A stretch of 64,000 bases of DNA, taken from Dehalococcoidia bacterium. Lineage in GTDB: Bacteria > Chloroflexota > Dehalococcoidia > Plut-88900. How positions within the stretch are numbered: position 1 is the first letter of the stretch; the number at the start of each line of letters is the position of its first letter. The stretch covers positions 2,368,001 through 2,432,000 of the forward strand of contig OZ240215.1 of the NCBI GenBank assembly GCA_965197585.1, given 5' to 3'. Of the stretch, positions 47,843-57,518 are shown piece by piece. The notes under the pieces were generated by a model that ran no database searches, was not told the origin of the DNA, and saw only the letters and a list, made by a program, of their open reading frames with translations. The translations under genes were made by a program, and so were the position numbers.

Positions 47843-48763
47843 ATGCCGCCCTTCGCCTTCTTCAAAGGAGATTTCGTGCCGCTGGCCGAGGCCAAGGTCG
47901 GAATCATGACCCACGCCCTCAACTACGGCACCGCCGTCTTCGAAGGCATTCGTGGCAACTGGAACCAGGAAGACTGTCAGATCTACCTCTTCCGTGTCAA
48001 AGAGCACTTTGAGCGGCTTCACAAGAGTGCCCGGATACTCAATATGACATTGGCCTACTCCGTAGACGAGCTCTTTGACATCACCCTGAAGCTTGTCGAG
48101 ATGTGCAAGTTCGAAGAGGACATCTACGTCCGGCCCATGGTCTACCAGAGTGGCGAGGTGCTGGGCGTCCGCTCCCACGACGTGGAAAACGACTTCTTCA
48201 TCTTCGTCGCTCCTTTTGGTCCCTACTTCAGCGGGGACGAGGGCATACGTTGCTGCATTTCCAGTTGGCGCAGGCCCCTGGACACCATGATTCCCCCCCG
48301 AGCCAAGGTCACCGGCATTTACGTGAACAGCGCCATGGCCAAGACCGAGGCCATGCTCAACGGCTTCGACGAGGGCATCATGCTCACCCAGGACGGGCAC
48401 GTCTGCGAAGGCAGCGGTGAGAACCTGTTCGTAGTGGATAACGGGACCCTGGTCACTCCATCCCCCGCCGACAGCGTCCTCCTAGGCATTACCAGAAGCA
48501 CCGTCATGGAGATTGCTAAGAAGGAGATGGGGATGCCTACATGGGAACGCCAGGTAGACCGGAGCGAACTCTATTCCGCCTCCGAAGTGTTCCTGACAGG
48601 CACCGCAGCCCACATCACGCCCGTCATCGAAATCGATAATCGGGCTATAGGCGCCGGAAAGGTGGGCCCCGTGACCCGGCAGATCTCCGACACCTATGTG
48701 GACATCATCCGGGGCAAGAATGAAAAGTACGGCGCCTGGTGCACTCCGGTTTACGGTAGCTGA
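47843..48763 (+). CDS. ilvE: Branched-chain amino acid aminotransferase
   Basis: 'HALNYGTAVFEGIR', 'AKVTGIYVNS', 'EGSGENLF', 'LLGITR', 'FLTGTAA'. Confidence 0.93.
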   Translation: MPPFAFFKGDFVPLAEAKVGIMTHALNYGTAVFEGIRGNWNQEDCQIYLFRVKEHFERLHKSARILNMTLAYSVDELFDITLKLVEMCKFEEDIYVRPMVYQSGEVLGVRSHDVENDFFIFVAPFGPYFSGDEGIRCCISSWRRPLDTMIPPRAKVTGIYVNSAMAKTEAMLNGFDEGIMLTQDGHVCEGSGENLFVVDNGTLVTPSPADSVLLGITRSTVMEIAKKEMGMPTWERQVDRSELYSASEVFLTGTAAHITPVIEIDNRAIGAGKVGPVTRQISDTYVDIIRGKNEKYGAWCTPVYGS

Positions 48764-48786
48764 CGCCAATCCCCCACATATAAAGT

Positions 48787-48822
48787 AAAACGGCTGGTGC
48801 GCTGAGCGCACCAGCCATTTTT
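48787..48822. terminator. Bidirectional intrinsic terminator
   Basis: AAAA-CGGCTGGTGCGCT/AGCGCACCAGCC-ATTTTT between convergent genes. Confidence 0.75.
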
Positions 48823-48839
48823 GCCCTTCGCCATTTCCC

Positions 48840-49961
48840 CTAGTTAAGGCTGTAAAGCCGCGCGCAATTGTCCCACAGGATCTTCTTGCGGGACTCATCA
48901 CTAACGCCTTCCATTTCCATGAAAGTGTCGGTGGCATGGGGGAACTTGCAGTCGGAGTGGGGGTAGTCGGTGGTGAACACCAGGTGCTCATCCCCATAGT
49001 ACCTTATAACGTCGGTGACCATGTATTCATCCACGTCGACAGAGATAAAGCACTGCCTCCTGAACAGGTCGCTGGGTTTCTCCGAAAGGTTGATGACGCC
49101 GTCCAACCCCTCATACAGCTCATACCGTTCATCAAGCCGGTAGAGAAGCCAGGGCAGCCAGCTGCAGTTGCCTTCCAGTATGGCGACGGTCATCTTGGGA
49201 AAGCGGTCCAGGATGCCTCCGGCGGTCATGTAGATGGTCGCCAGCATATCTTCCATCGGCTGGTCGAATGTCTCCCCTAGCCACGTCAGTTTATCAAGAG
49301 TCGCGAACCGGTTGGACCAGTGGACCTGGTTAGGGGAGAAGCTGGGATGGAATGTGACGGGAAGATCGAGGTCCTGCGCCTCCTCCCATATCGGGTCGAA
49401 ATAGGGCTCAGGCAGTTGCCGCCCGAGCACCGGCTCAGGTGTTAGGCAGGATGCCACGTGTCCAAGGTCTTTCTTAATTCTACGCATTTCCTGTGCCGCC
49501 AGGGTTGCGTCGTGGAGTGTGATCAGACCGGCGGCCTTCATTCTGGCCGGGTCCTCATTGCAGAAGTCGGTGATCCAGTCGTTCCAGGCCTTGTTCAGGT
49601 CGTTGGCGTATTCAGGCTCGTGGGCGTCGTCGGTGTGGAGAGGCAGCGTACGGAACATGACTGCCACGTCGATGCCTTCCATCTCCATTGCCTGGAGCTG
49701 GGACACGGAGTCGAAGTCCCTGTCGCTGCCAATCTTGAATCTGTCGGCAACCTTAGAGTCGAGATCCGGGGCGTTGGTGTTCTGGGTTCTTCGAATGCGT
49801 TCTCCCTGGGCCGTCGTGTAGCGCACACCTCCGTACGGACGGGCCCGTTCCCCCCTGGGAATCCGGTCTCCCCATTTCGGGTCCATGTAGGTGGTGTAAA
49901 GGTCTGCCGGCTCCAGTACGTGCAGGTCGGAATCCATTACCTTGTAACCGTTCTTGCCCAT
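48840..49961 (-). CDS. Amidohydrolase_2 family protein (paralog of 28194-29303)
   Basis: 'MDSDLHVLEP', 'LEGNCSWLPWLL.R.DE', 'TTDYPHSD', 'WDNCARLY'. Confidence 0.9.
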   Translation of the reverse strand: MGKNGYKVMDSDLHVLEPADLYTTYMDPKWGDRIPRGERARPYGGVRYTTAQGERIRRTQNTNAPDLDSKVADRFKIGSDRDFDSVSQLQAMEMEGIDVAVMFRTLPLHTDDAHEPEYANDLNKAWNDWITDFCNEDPARMKAAGLITLHDATLAAQEMRRIKKDLGHVASCLTPEPVLGRQLPEPYFDPIWEEAQDLDLPVTFHPSFSPNQVHWSNRFATLDKLTWLGETFDQPMEDMLATIYMTAGGILDRFPKMTVAILEGNCSWLPWLLYRLDERYELYEGLDGVINLSEKPSDLFRRQCFISVDVDEYMVTDVIRYYGDEHLVFTTDYPHSDCKFPHATDTFMEMEGVSDESRKKILWDNCARLYSLN

Positions 49962-50163
49962 AGCTTCTCCTCCTCGTTTCCGCTAAAAAATCACCTGCAC
50001 CATCCCGAGTCGGTTGTTTGCCACCTCCGGCGCCCGAGCGTGCGGCCCTGCCGTGAAACGCGCCCGATTCTAGGCACGGGGAAGGGGCGTTGTCAATGCA
50101 GCTAGCCACCACATCAGACCCTGCGCTATAATAAAACCCCGTTTGTTCCTTTTGAGCGGTTTT

Positions 50164-50240
50164 GGCCCCGTGGTGTAGCGGACTAACATGCCACCCTGTC
50201 ACGGTGGAGATCGCCGGTTCGAATCCGGTCGGGGTCGCCA
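50164..50240 (+). tRNA. tRNA-Asp(GTC)
   Basis: GGCCCCG acceptor, CCACC-CTGTCAC-GGTGG anticodon arm, GGTTCGAATCC, CCA end. Confidence 0.97.
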
Positions 50241-50253
50241 TACCGCACAAAAG

Positions 50254-50621
50254 CTAGAGTCGTTTTCCATTCAGCCTAAAGACCGTCCAGGGGAATGGGG
50301 ACGGCATAGGTGCTGATGGGGATACCTTCAATCCTTGGCCTCGGGCCAACACCGCCAACTTCTCTCGACAGAAGCCCATAGCTTCTCTCCATGCCTTCAC
50401 CTGGATCGCCACCTCTCCCCTCAACACCCTCTTGGGCCGCTCCGGCGCCGTCCACCGCCGCTTTACTCCCTGCCGCCGCACATACCCCACGGCTGCCTCC
50501 CTCGCTCCACCCAGCGTTTAACCGTCCGTCGATCTATCCCCAACCGTCGAACCTCTTCCGAATAGTTTCCGCCACGTGCTTTCCAAGTCTCAATGATCGC
50601 TCTGATCCCTACTCTCGCCAT
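50254..50621 (-). pseudogene. Frameshifted N-terminal remnant of an IS481-like transposase
   Basis: MARVGIRAIIETWKARGGNYSEEVRRLGIDRRTVKRWVERG (HTH), continued in another frame as GVKRRWTAPERPKR...GLKVSPS; no DDE domain. Confidence 0.55.
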
Positions 50622-50786
50622 GTTTCGTTCTATCTGTCTGTGCTATATGTTGTGAGAGATCAAACCCTTGATGCTCTACTGAAACAATTTTGCTACCCTA
50701 TCGCGTAGCTTTCAACACACCTCCACATGACCCCGAAACCCCTCTTTTACTAAGCAGCAACTAAACGATTTCATTGAGGAGTCACG

Positions 50787-51431
50787 ATGATTTATGAAGT
50801 CTTTACCTACACCTTGAAGCCCGGAAGCGTAGCCCAGTACGAAGAGATTTTCGCCGCCGCCCTACCCCACAGAGAGAGGTTTTCCAAGCTCGGAGCATTC
50901 TGGTGCACCGAAATCGGACCTTTGAATCAGGTGATTCACGTCTGGCCCTACGAAAGCATCGAAAAGCGAACTTCCATTCGGGAACAAGTCCGCAATTCCA
51001 TTCGAGAGGAAGCAGGGAAAGATCCCAACTGGCCCCCAGCCTATGACCCGGACATATTTGTGATTACGAACTCTGAAATCTTCCTGCCTGCACCATTCAT
51101 GCGTCCTCTCGGCGGAGACCAGGCTTTGGGGAATTTCTACGAAGTGCGCTCATACACATACAAGAGGGGCAGCATGGGTAAGGTCATCGACATATGGGCA
51201 CAAGCCATCCCCCATCGTGAAAAACACTCTCCATTGGCAGCTGCGATGTACGCAGACATAGGCGGGCTGAACAAATGGGTTCACATTTGGCCCTACAACG
51301 ATCTAGGGCAACGGGAACGGATCCGAAGTGAGGCCTTAAAGAGCCCGCATTGGCCGCCCCCCACCCGAGAATGGCTAGTAAATCAGGAAACCAAGATCAT
51401 GGTTCCTTCGGCCTTCTCTCCAATGCATTAA
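50787..51431 (+). CDS. NIPSNAP family protein (two domains)
   Basis: 'IYE..TY.LKPG', 'EIGPLNQVIHVWPY', repeated as 'YEVRSY..IGGLNKWVHIWPY', ends 'FSPMH'. Confidence 0.88.
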   Translation: MIYEVFTYTLKPGSVAQYEEIFAAALPHRERFSKLGAFWCTEIGPLNQVIHVWPYESIEKRTSIREQVRNSIREEAGKDPNWPPAYDPDIFVITNSEIFLPAPFMRPLGGDQALGNFYEVRSYTYKRGSMGKVIDIWAQAIPHREKHSPLAAAMYADIGGLNKWVHIWPYNDLGQRERIRSEALKSPHWPPPTREWLVNQETKIMVPSAFSPMH

Positions 51432-51594
51432 GTCTTGTGAGAGTTCGGAGGATTGAGCCTGAAGGAAGGCTCTGTGACTAGCGCCAGGGCGGGAATCAAC
51501 AACGAAGAGTCTCCTTGCCTTGGGCACATCCTGTGCTCATAAAGCCGCGTTGTGGCCAAATTGTTACACCCTTTGCATTAAGAATGCCTAGGCC

Positions 51595-52746
51595 CTAGTG
51601 CACCTCGAGTTTCCTGCCTTCGTCCGAAGAACGCTGTATCGTGTCCAGAAGCCGGTGCCGTTTCGCAGCCAGGTTGAAATCTGGCCCTACTTCACTCCCT
51701 TCCCGGATCGCCCGAGCCAAGATTAGATACAGTTGGCCTATAAGGTCTGCTGCGTCGAACGGTTCCGTCGCCCGCATCCTCCCCGGGACCTGAATCAACC
51801 GGTCTGGAACGGTCAGCCTCTCCAATTCCGGAACGGTCAACTTCTCCAATCCAGTCGGTCTGACTACCTTTTGATTGCCCCGTACTCCCCAGAGTTGGAT
51901 GTTTCCGAATTGAGGCCAATCTTCGGAGGACGCCACCACCGTGCCTTCTCGTCCGTAGATTTCCATCCTCCAACCGGTACCATGCCAGGGTACGTTGCCG
52001 ATGTGGGCTGAGGCCACTGCCCCTCCGGCCAGCACGCCGTTTATCAACACATTGTCCGATGCAGTTACTGGAACCGTCCTTCCAGCTTCCCGGGTCTCCC
52101 ACTCCGTCACCTGGGTCGCAACCTTGGCGGACAGTTCCCGAAACTCCCCGACGCAGTAACACAATATGTCGATGACATGGCAAGTAACTCCAGCTAAGGT
52201 ATCGGCGCCCATCTTCCGGTCCGCCATCCAGGCCATGTCTCGTCCCCGCTGCAGCAGGCCCGGATAGAACATAGTCATGTTGCAGGCCAACACCTCGCCC
52301 ACGTACCCCTGTGCCAGTAGGTCCCTCAAATGCAGCACGGCCGGAGCGCCCCTTGCCTGTAGAGCCACCATGTGCCGAACACCCTTGGCCCGGGCCAAAG
52401 CGGCCATCTCCTCAGTCTCGGCCAGGTTGGCGCCCAGTGGCGATTCGCAGAATACATGCTTTCCCGCTTCCAGGGCAGCCATGACCATATCGTAGTGCCA
52501 GGGCACGCGTACGGATACGGAAATCAGGTCGATATCCGGATGTTGCACCATCTCGCGAAAATCGTGAAAAGCCATCTTGGCGCCGTAGACTTCCTTGGAT
52601 TCCTGCGCTGTCTCAGGACGGGAGGTGCAAACGGCCGTCAGCTCATAGTCGGGCAGGGTCAGAAGAGCCGGCAAATGGGCCCGCCTGCCCCATCCATATT
52701 GGGCGTTGGCGCCGATTATTCCAATGCGGATTTTGTCGTTCGACAT
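51595..52746 (-). CDS. Gfo/Idh/MocA family oxidoreductase
   Basis: 'IRIGIIGA', 'AHLPAL', 'AGKHVFCESPL'. Confidence 0.88.
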   Translation of the reverse strand: MSNDKIRIGIIGANAQYGWGRRAHLPALLTLPDYELTAVCTSRPETAQESKEVYGAKMAFHDFREMVQHPDIDLISVSVRVPWHYDMVMAALEAGKHVFCESPLGANLAETEEMAALARAKGVRHMVALQARGAPAVLHLRDLLAQGYVGEVLACNMTMFYPGLLQRGRDMAWMADRKMGADTLAGVTCHVIDILCYCVGEFRELSAKVATQVTEWETREAGRTVPVTASDNVLINGVLAGGAVASAHIGNVPWHGTGWRMEIYGREGTVVASSEDWPQFGNIQLWGVRGNQKVVRPTGLEKLTVPELERLTVPDRLIQVPGRMRATEPFDAADLIGQLYLILARAIREGSEVGPDFNLAAKRHRLLDTIQRSSDEGRKLEVH

Positions 52747-53022
52747 GCCCGACTCCATTTCACAGGACACTGACCTCTCGGTGGAACAGACCAAGGTAAG
52801 CCATCTTCCAGGGCCCCTTCTCCCTCTTAGGGCCACAGCACAGACCCGCTATGCAGTGGCATGCGGGGCCATAGGCAACGTAACTTTGGACGTGGCGGAA
52901 TGGTAGAAAGCGATCCCAATACCGCCTTTATGCCAAGGAGCCCCAGGCGAACCTGAGACTCCTAAGTATTTTGGCAGGCAAAACCCCAACACCGGGCCTG
53001 GTGTGCTCCCTTATAGGTAGAC

Positions 53023-55044
53023 TTAACCTCTGCCGTTGCGCAAAAGCCTTCCGGGCAATGCCCCAGTTGGCACACCATCCTCGAAGGTCACTTCGCCATT
53101 GACCATGATCCAGTTATAGCCATTGGCCCTCTGGATCCGACGCCACTCGCCGCCGGGCAGGTCCTCTGCAATTTCGGAGGGTAGAGCCTCCAGCTTGTCC
53201 AGGTCATACACCACAATATCCGCTGGCGCACCCTCACGGATAACCCCCCTATCCTTAAAGCCACCGAGGTGGGCGGGCAGATAGCTCAACTTATAGTGAG
53301 CATCTTCCAGGGTCATCACCTTCTCGTCTCTAACCAGCCAAGTTAATGTATCCGTTGGATAGATCCCTCCGGTAAAGAATTTAATGTGAGCGCCACCATC
53401 GGATGTCCCGGCGACGACGTGGGGGGAGTCCAGCACCTCTGCGGTGTATTTGGCTACATTGCGGCCCTGCGTATCGCCGAGGAATTCAGTCGCCAAGTCG
53501 TCCTCGACACACATGTCCAACAGGGCGTCGATAACGTGTTTGCCTTGCTCGTCAGCAATGTCCTGTACGGTCCGCCCGACACGTTTACCGGAAGCCTCGG
53601 TCTCGTTGGGAGCCAAGGCTATCAGTCTGCCATCAACAACATTGACTACGAATGATTTCATGCGCAGTTCGGGGTCGGTGATGCCGCGACCTCCATCATG
53701 CTCATATTCGTAACCATGCGTGTCACAAACGAACCTGTCATCTTCATTGCCAACACAACCGCCCTGGTGAGGGCATACCAGGGATAGCAGCTTGTACCCG
53801 TCACGAGTGTTAACCAGGAAGTAATCCATACCGGCAACATTCACCTTGGCTGGCAACTTGGAGAAATCCGACTCGGCGCCGATATCAATCTTGACTTTGC
53901 GAGGCAGTACCAGCAGGCCACCTACGGATCCACGGGTCGCTTGAGTAGGTCGTATGCCCGACTCCCACTCTTCCTTAAGCAGCTGTCTTACTTCCGGGTC
54001 CTGCATCTTCGCTTTGCGTTCATCCTTCGTCCCCAGGGTCACGTCGCGCCAGGCGGGTGCGTCGTCGAACAGGTTCCAGTCTTCAAACGTAAAGAGAAAT
54101 CCAGCTCTAAATGTACCGCCTTGGCCGTATACCCGCAGGCCTCGCTCGGAGCAGCTCGCCAGCCAGCGGATCCGCTCTCTATGCTGCTCTGGATGGACGG
54201 CGTTGGCTGTTACTGCCTGGTAAAGGATGGGGCGCTTGGCCGCCTCTGCAACTTTTTCGAAGAATGACCGGGATTCATCTCCCAATGGCCGGCCTTCTTC
54301 TCCGGTTTCCTGGTAAGAGAGCTCTATGAATCCCTCATCGCGGTCGCCCAGGATTTTGGCGAAGGTGAGAATCTCCTCCTCCGTCAGCAAGTCGGTGATC
54401 ATGGGCGTGCCATCGTAGTCCCGCTGTACCGAATTTGCACCGAGGACCTGGGCCGACCAGCCGCAGGCTCCCGCATCCATGGCCTCATTGACCAGCCTGA
54501 CCATTTCCTGAAGCTCCGCCTCGGTGGGGCGCCGCTTCTTGGCCTCATCCCATCCCATTACCCAAGCGTACAGGGGTGTCAGGGGCACGTAGGTAAGACA
54601 GTTCAACCCCTTTGGAATGCGTGCTAGGGTATCCATGAACTCGGGGAAAGTGACCCAGTCCCAGAGCATTCCAGCCTTCATTGCATCGTATGGAATGGCC
54701 TCGTTGCGGGTCATACAGAGCATGGCTCTGTCTCGGTCTTCGACGCGGGACGGGGCGAAGCCGAAACCACAATTGCCCAGCGCTACCGAGGTCACACCAT
54801 GCCAGCCCGACAGCGTGCAGTAAGGGTCCCACTGAATCTGAGCGTCGTAATGAGTGTGCAGGTCTACGAAACCCGGGGCCACAATGCGGCCTCGGGCGTC
54901 AAGAACTCTGTCCGCCGTACCCCTCTTCAGGCCACCGACTTTGACGATAAACCCGTCTTTGATCGCTATATCGCTGTTGTATCTCGGCGTCCTGGTACCG
55001 TCTACGACCGTGCCACCTCTGATGATTATGTCATAGTCCGCCAT
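53023..55044 (-). CDS. N-acyl-D-amino-acid deacylase-like amidohydrolase with an inserted Rieske domain
   Basis: 'GGTVVDGT', 'PGFVDLHTHYDAQ', 'GNCG', 'SDGGAH'; ~100 extra aa containing CPH and CDTH relative to paralog 55352-57079. Confidence 0.88.
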   Translation of the reverse strand: MADYDIIIRGGTVVDGTRTPRYNSDIAIKDGFIVKVGGLKRGTADRVLDARGRIVAPGFVDLHTHYDAQIQWDPYCTLSGWHGVTSVALGNCGFGFAPSRVEDRDRAMLCMTRNEAIPYDAMKAGMLWDWVTFPEFMDTLARIPKGLNCLTYVPLTPLYAWVMGWDEAKKRRPTEAELQEMVRLVNEAMDAGACGWSAQVLGANSVQRDYDGTPMITDLLTEEEILTFAKILGDRDEGFIELSYQETGEEGRPLGDESRSFFEKVAEAAKRPILYQAVTANAVHPEQHRERIRWLASCSERGLRVYGQGGTFRAGFLFTFEDWNLFDDAPAWRDVTLGTKDERKAKMQDPEVRQLLKEEWESGIRPTQATRGSVGGLLVLPRKVKIDIGAESDFSKLPAKVNVAGMDYFLVNTRDGYKLLSLVCPHQGGCVGNEDDRFVCDTHGYEYEHDGGRGITDPELRMKSFVVNVVDGRLIALAPNETEASGKRVGRTVQDIADEQGKHVIDALLDMCVEDDLATEFLGDTQGRNVAKYTAEVLDSPHVVAGTSDGGAHIKFFTGGIYPTDTLTWLVRDEKVMTLEDAHYKLSYLPAHLGGFKDRGVIREGAPADIVVYDLDKLEALPSEIAEDLPGGEWRRIQRANGYNWIMVNGEVTFEDGVPTGALPGRLLRNGRG

Positions 55045-55351
55045 CAGCTATCCCCCTACAATGCCCAAAGCTCAAATTTTCAAATATGGTCGCCTCAGCG
55101 AGTGTAATGTTTACGGATTTTAGTGTCAACTTATAGCCATAATATAGTGTATTAATTCGCTATGTTGGAAGAACTGAGTGCATCGGAGAGCGGTTGACGC
55201 GCTCATGGTGCCATAATATAGTCCGAGTCATCCAAGAGAGCGCATATTCAACAAAATCCATATATTCTGAGACGTATTGACTCGCATGGTTGGGTAGCGG
55301 AGATCGGTAGGAACTGACGTGGTCACAAGATAATGGAACGGAGGTGGAGAT

Positions 55352-57079
55352 ATGGCTAACTATGACATCATCATCAAGGGAGGTACGATCGTAGACGGTA
55401 CTCGTGTGCCTCGCTACATAAGCGACATCGCAATTAAAGATGGGATAATCGCCAAGATCGGCGGCTTTGTGGGTAGCACGGCAGACAAAGTGCTGGATGC
55501 CAAGGGTCTTATTGTAGCACCCGGCTTTATTGACCTGCACACTCACTATGACGCTCAAATCTTTTGGGACCCCTACTGCACGCTGTCGGGTTGGCACGGA
55601 GTGACCTCGGTAGCGCTGGGCAATTGCGGTTTCGGCTTCGCCCCATCGAGGGTGGAAGACCGGGACCGGTGCATGCTCAGCTTGACACGGAACGAGGCTA
55701 TCCCCTATGCCGCGATGAAAGAAGGAATGACCTGGGACTGGGTGACCTTCCCCGAATTCATGGACACCCTATCGCGTATTCCGAAGGGGGTGAATTGTCT
55801 TACCTACGTGCCCCTGACACCCTTGTACGCCTGGGTAATGGGATGGGATGAGGCCAAGAAGCGGCGCCCCACCGAGGCAGAGCTTCAGGAAATGGTACGG
55901 CTGGTCAACGAGGCTATGGATGCTGGAGCCTGTGGTTGGTCGGCCCAGGTGCTAGGCAAGACCTCAGTGCAGCGGGACTACGACGGAACGCCTATGATCA
56001 CCGACTTGTTGTCGGAGAAAGAGCTACTCACCTTCGCCAAGGTATTAGCTGACCGCGACGAAGGATTCATCGAGCTGTCTTACGAAGAAACCGGTGAAGA
56101 AGGTCGCCCTCTGGCAGATCAAACCAGGAACTTCTACGAAGAAATCGCCAAGGCAGCCAAGCGGCCCATAATCTACCAGGCAGTCACGCCCAACGCCATC
56201 CACCCGGAGCAGCATCGTGCTCGGCTTCGCTGGTTACAGCAATGTGCTGAGCAAGGAATATGGATTTACGGCCAGGGAGCTACATACCGGGGTGGCTTCG
56301 AACTCACTTTCGAGGACTGGAACCTCTTCGACGAAACTCCCGTTTGGCGCGAGGTAACCTTGGGAACGCATGTCGAACGCAAGGCGAAGATGGAAGACCC
56401 AGAAATGAGACGCAAGCTGAAAGAGGAATGGGATTCCGGAACCCGTCCCACCAGCGTCATCGCAGGATCTGTTGGGAGCTTGATCGTCGAAGAGACGGCC
56501 AGGCCGGAGTACGAACACTATGCCGGCCTTACTGTCCAGAACATCGCCGACAGGGAAGGCAAGCACGTTATCGACGCTCTCCTTGACCTCGTCGTAGCCG
56601 ACGATCTGGGCACCGAGTTCATCGCTGCGGCCCAGGGCCGTGACGTCGCACAGTACACGGCGGAAGTCCTCGACTCGCCACACATCGTTGCCGGGATATC
56701 AGACGGCGGAGCGCACGTTAAATTCAGGACCGCCGGAAATTACTCGACGGATATGCTTGCCTGGTTGGTGCGGGACGAGAAGGTAATGACGCTGGAGGAT
56801 GCTCACTTCAAGTTGAGCTACATGCCTGCCCACTGCGGTGGCTTCAAGGACCGGGGAGTTATCCGCGAGGGTGCGCCGGCGGATATCTTGGTGTACGACC
56901 TGGACAAGCTGGAGATCCTACCCTCCGAAATTGCAGAGGACCTGCCCGGTGGCGATTGGCGGCGGATCCAGAAGGCCAATGGCTACAACTGGATCATGGT
57001 CAATGGCGAGGTGACCTTCGAGGACGGTGAGCCAACGGGAGCATTGCCCGGGAAACTCTTGCGCAACGGCAGGAGCTGA
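55352..57079 (+). CDS. N-acyl-D-amino-acid deacylase-like amidohydrolase
   Basis: 'PGFIDLHTHYDAQ', 'GNCG', 'SDGGAH', 'GALPGKLLR'. Confidence 0.9.
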   Translation: MANYDIIIKGGTIVDGTRVPRYISDIAIKDGIIAKIGGFVGSTADKVLDAKGLIVAPGFIDLHTHYDAQIFWDPYCTLSGWHGVTSVALGNCGFGFAPSRVEDRDRCMLSLTRNEAIPYAAMKEGMTWDWVTFPEFMDTLSRIPKGVNCLTYVPLTPLYAWVMGWDEAKKRRPTEAELQEMVRLVNEAMDAGACGWSAQVLGKTSVQRDYDGTPMITDLLSEKELLTFAKVLADRDEGFIELSYEETGEEGRPLADQTRNFYEEIAKAAKRPIIYQAVTPNAIHPEQHRARLRWLQQCAEQGIWIYGQGATYRGGFELTFEDWNLFDETPVWREVTLGTHVERKAKMEDPEMRRKLKEEWDSGTRPTSVIAGSVGSLIVEETARPEYEHYAGLTVQNIADREGKHVIDALLDLVVADDLGTEFIAAAQGRDVAQYTAEVLDSPHIVAGISDGGAHVKFRTAGNYSTDMLAWLVRDEKVMTLEDAHFKLSYMPAHCGGFKDRGVIREGAPADILVYDLDKLEILPSEIAEDLPGGDWRRIQKANGYNWIMVNGEVTFEDGEPTGALPGKLLRNGRS

Positions 57080-57337
57080 GTTCACCCGCAAGGGAGCACT
57101 TCGGCCCCGGTGTCGGGGTTTTACATGCTGTAATGCTTAGGAGCCCCAGGTTCGCTTTGGGCGCCTCGGTATCAAGGCGAAATTCGGATCCCTTTCTACA
57201 ATTCCGCCACGCCGAAAGTTATTTTGCTTATGGCCCCGTTTACCGCTACGCGGTGGGCCCGAGCCGCAGCCTCCATAAGGAAGTGGGAGCCCGGAAGACG
57301 ATCCAGCTTGTCCTGATCCCCATGCGGTCAATACTCT

Positions 57338-57410
57338 GTGAAATATAGCACAATATCGATCATTTAAGCATATTTCACGTCAAGCTTGACAATGCAATGA
57401 TAATCCATGT
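57338..57410 (+). promoter_or_regulatory. Promoter/operator module repeated upstream of each SBP copy
   Basis: GTGAAATAT..ATATTTCAC inverted repeat plus GTCAAGCTTGAC palindrome containing the TTGACA -35; recurs at +2230 and +4460. Confidence 0.55.
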
Positions 57411-57518
57411 AGCGTTGCTGACGCCGAATCAATATCAATGCGCCAGTGCGACATTTCCGTTTATTCCCATGTAGCTTCCCAAAAGTGTACGCCTGTCGCA
57501 TAAGTGGAGGAGATTATT

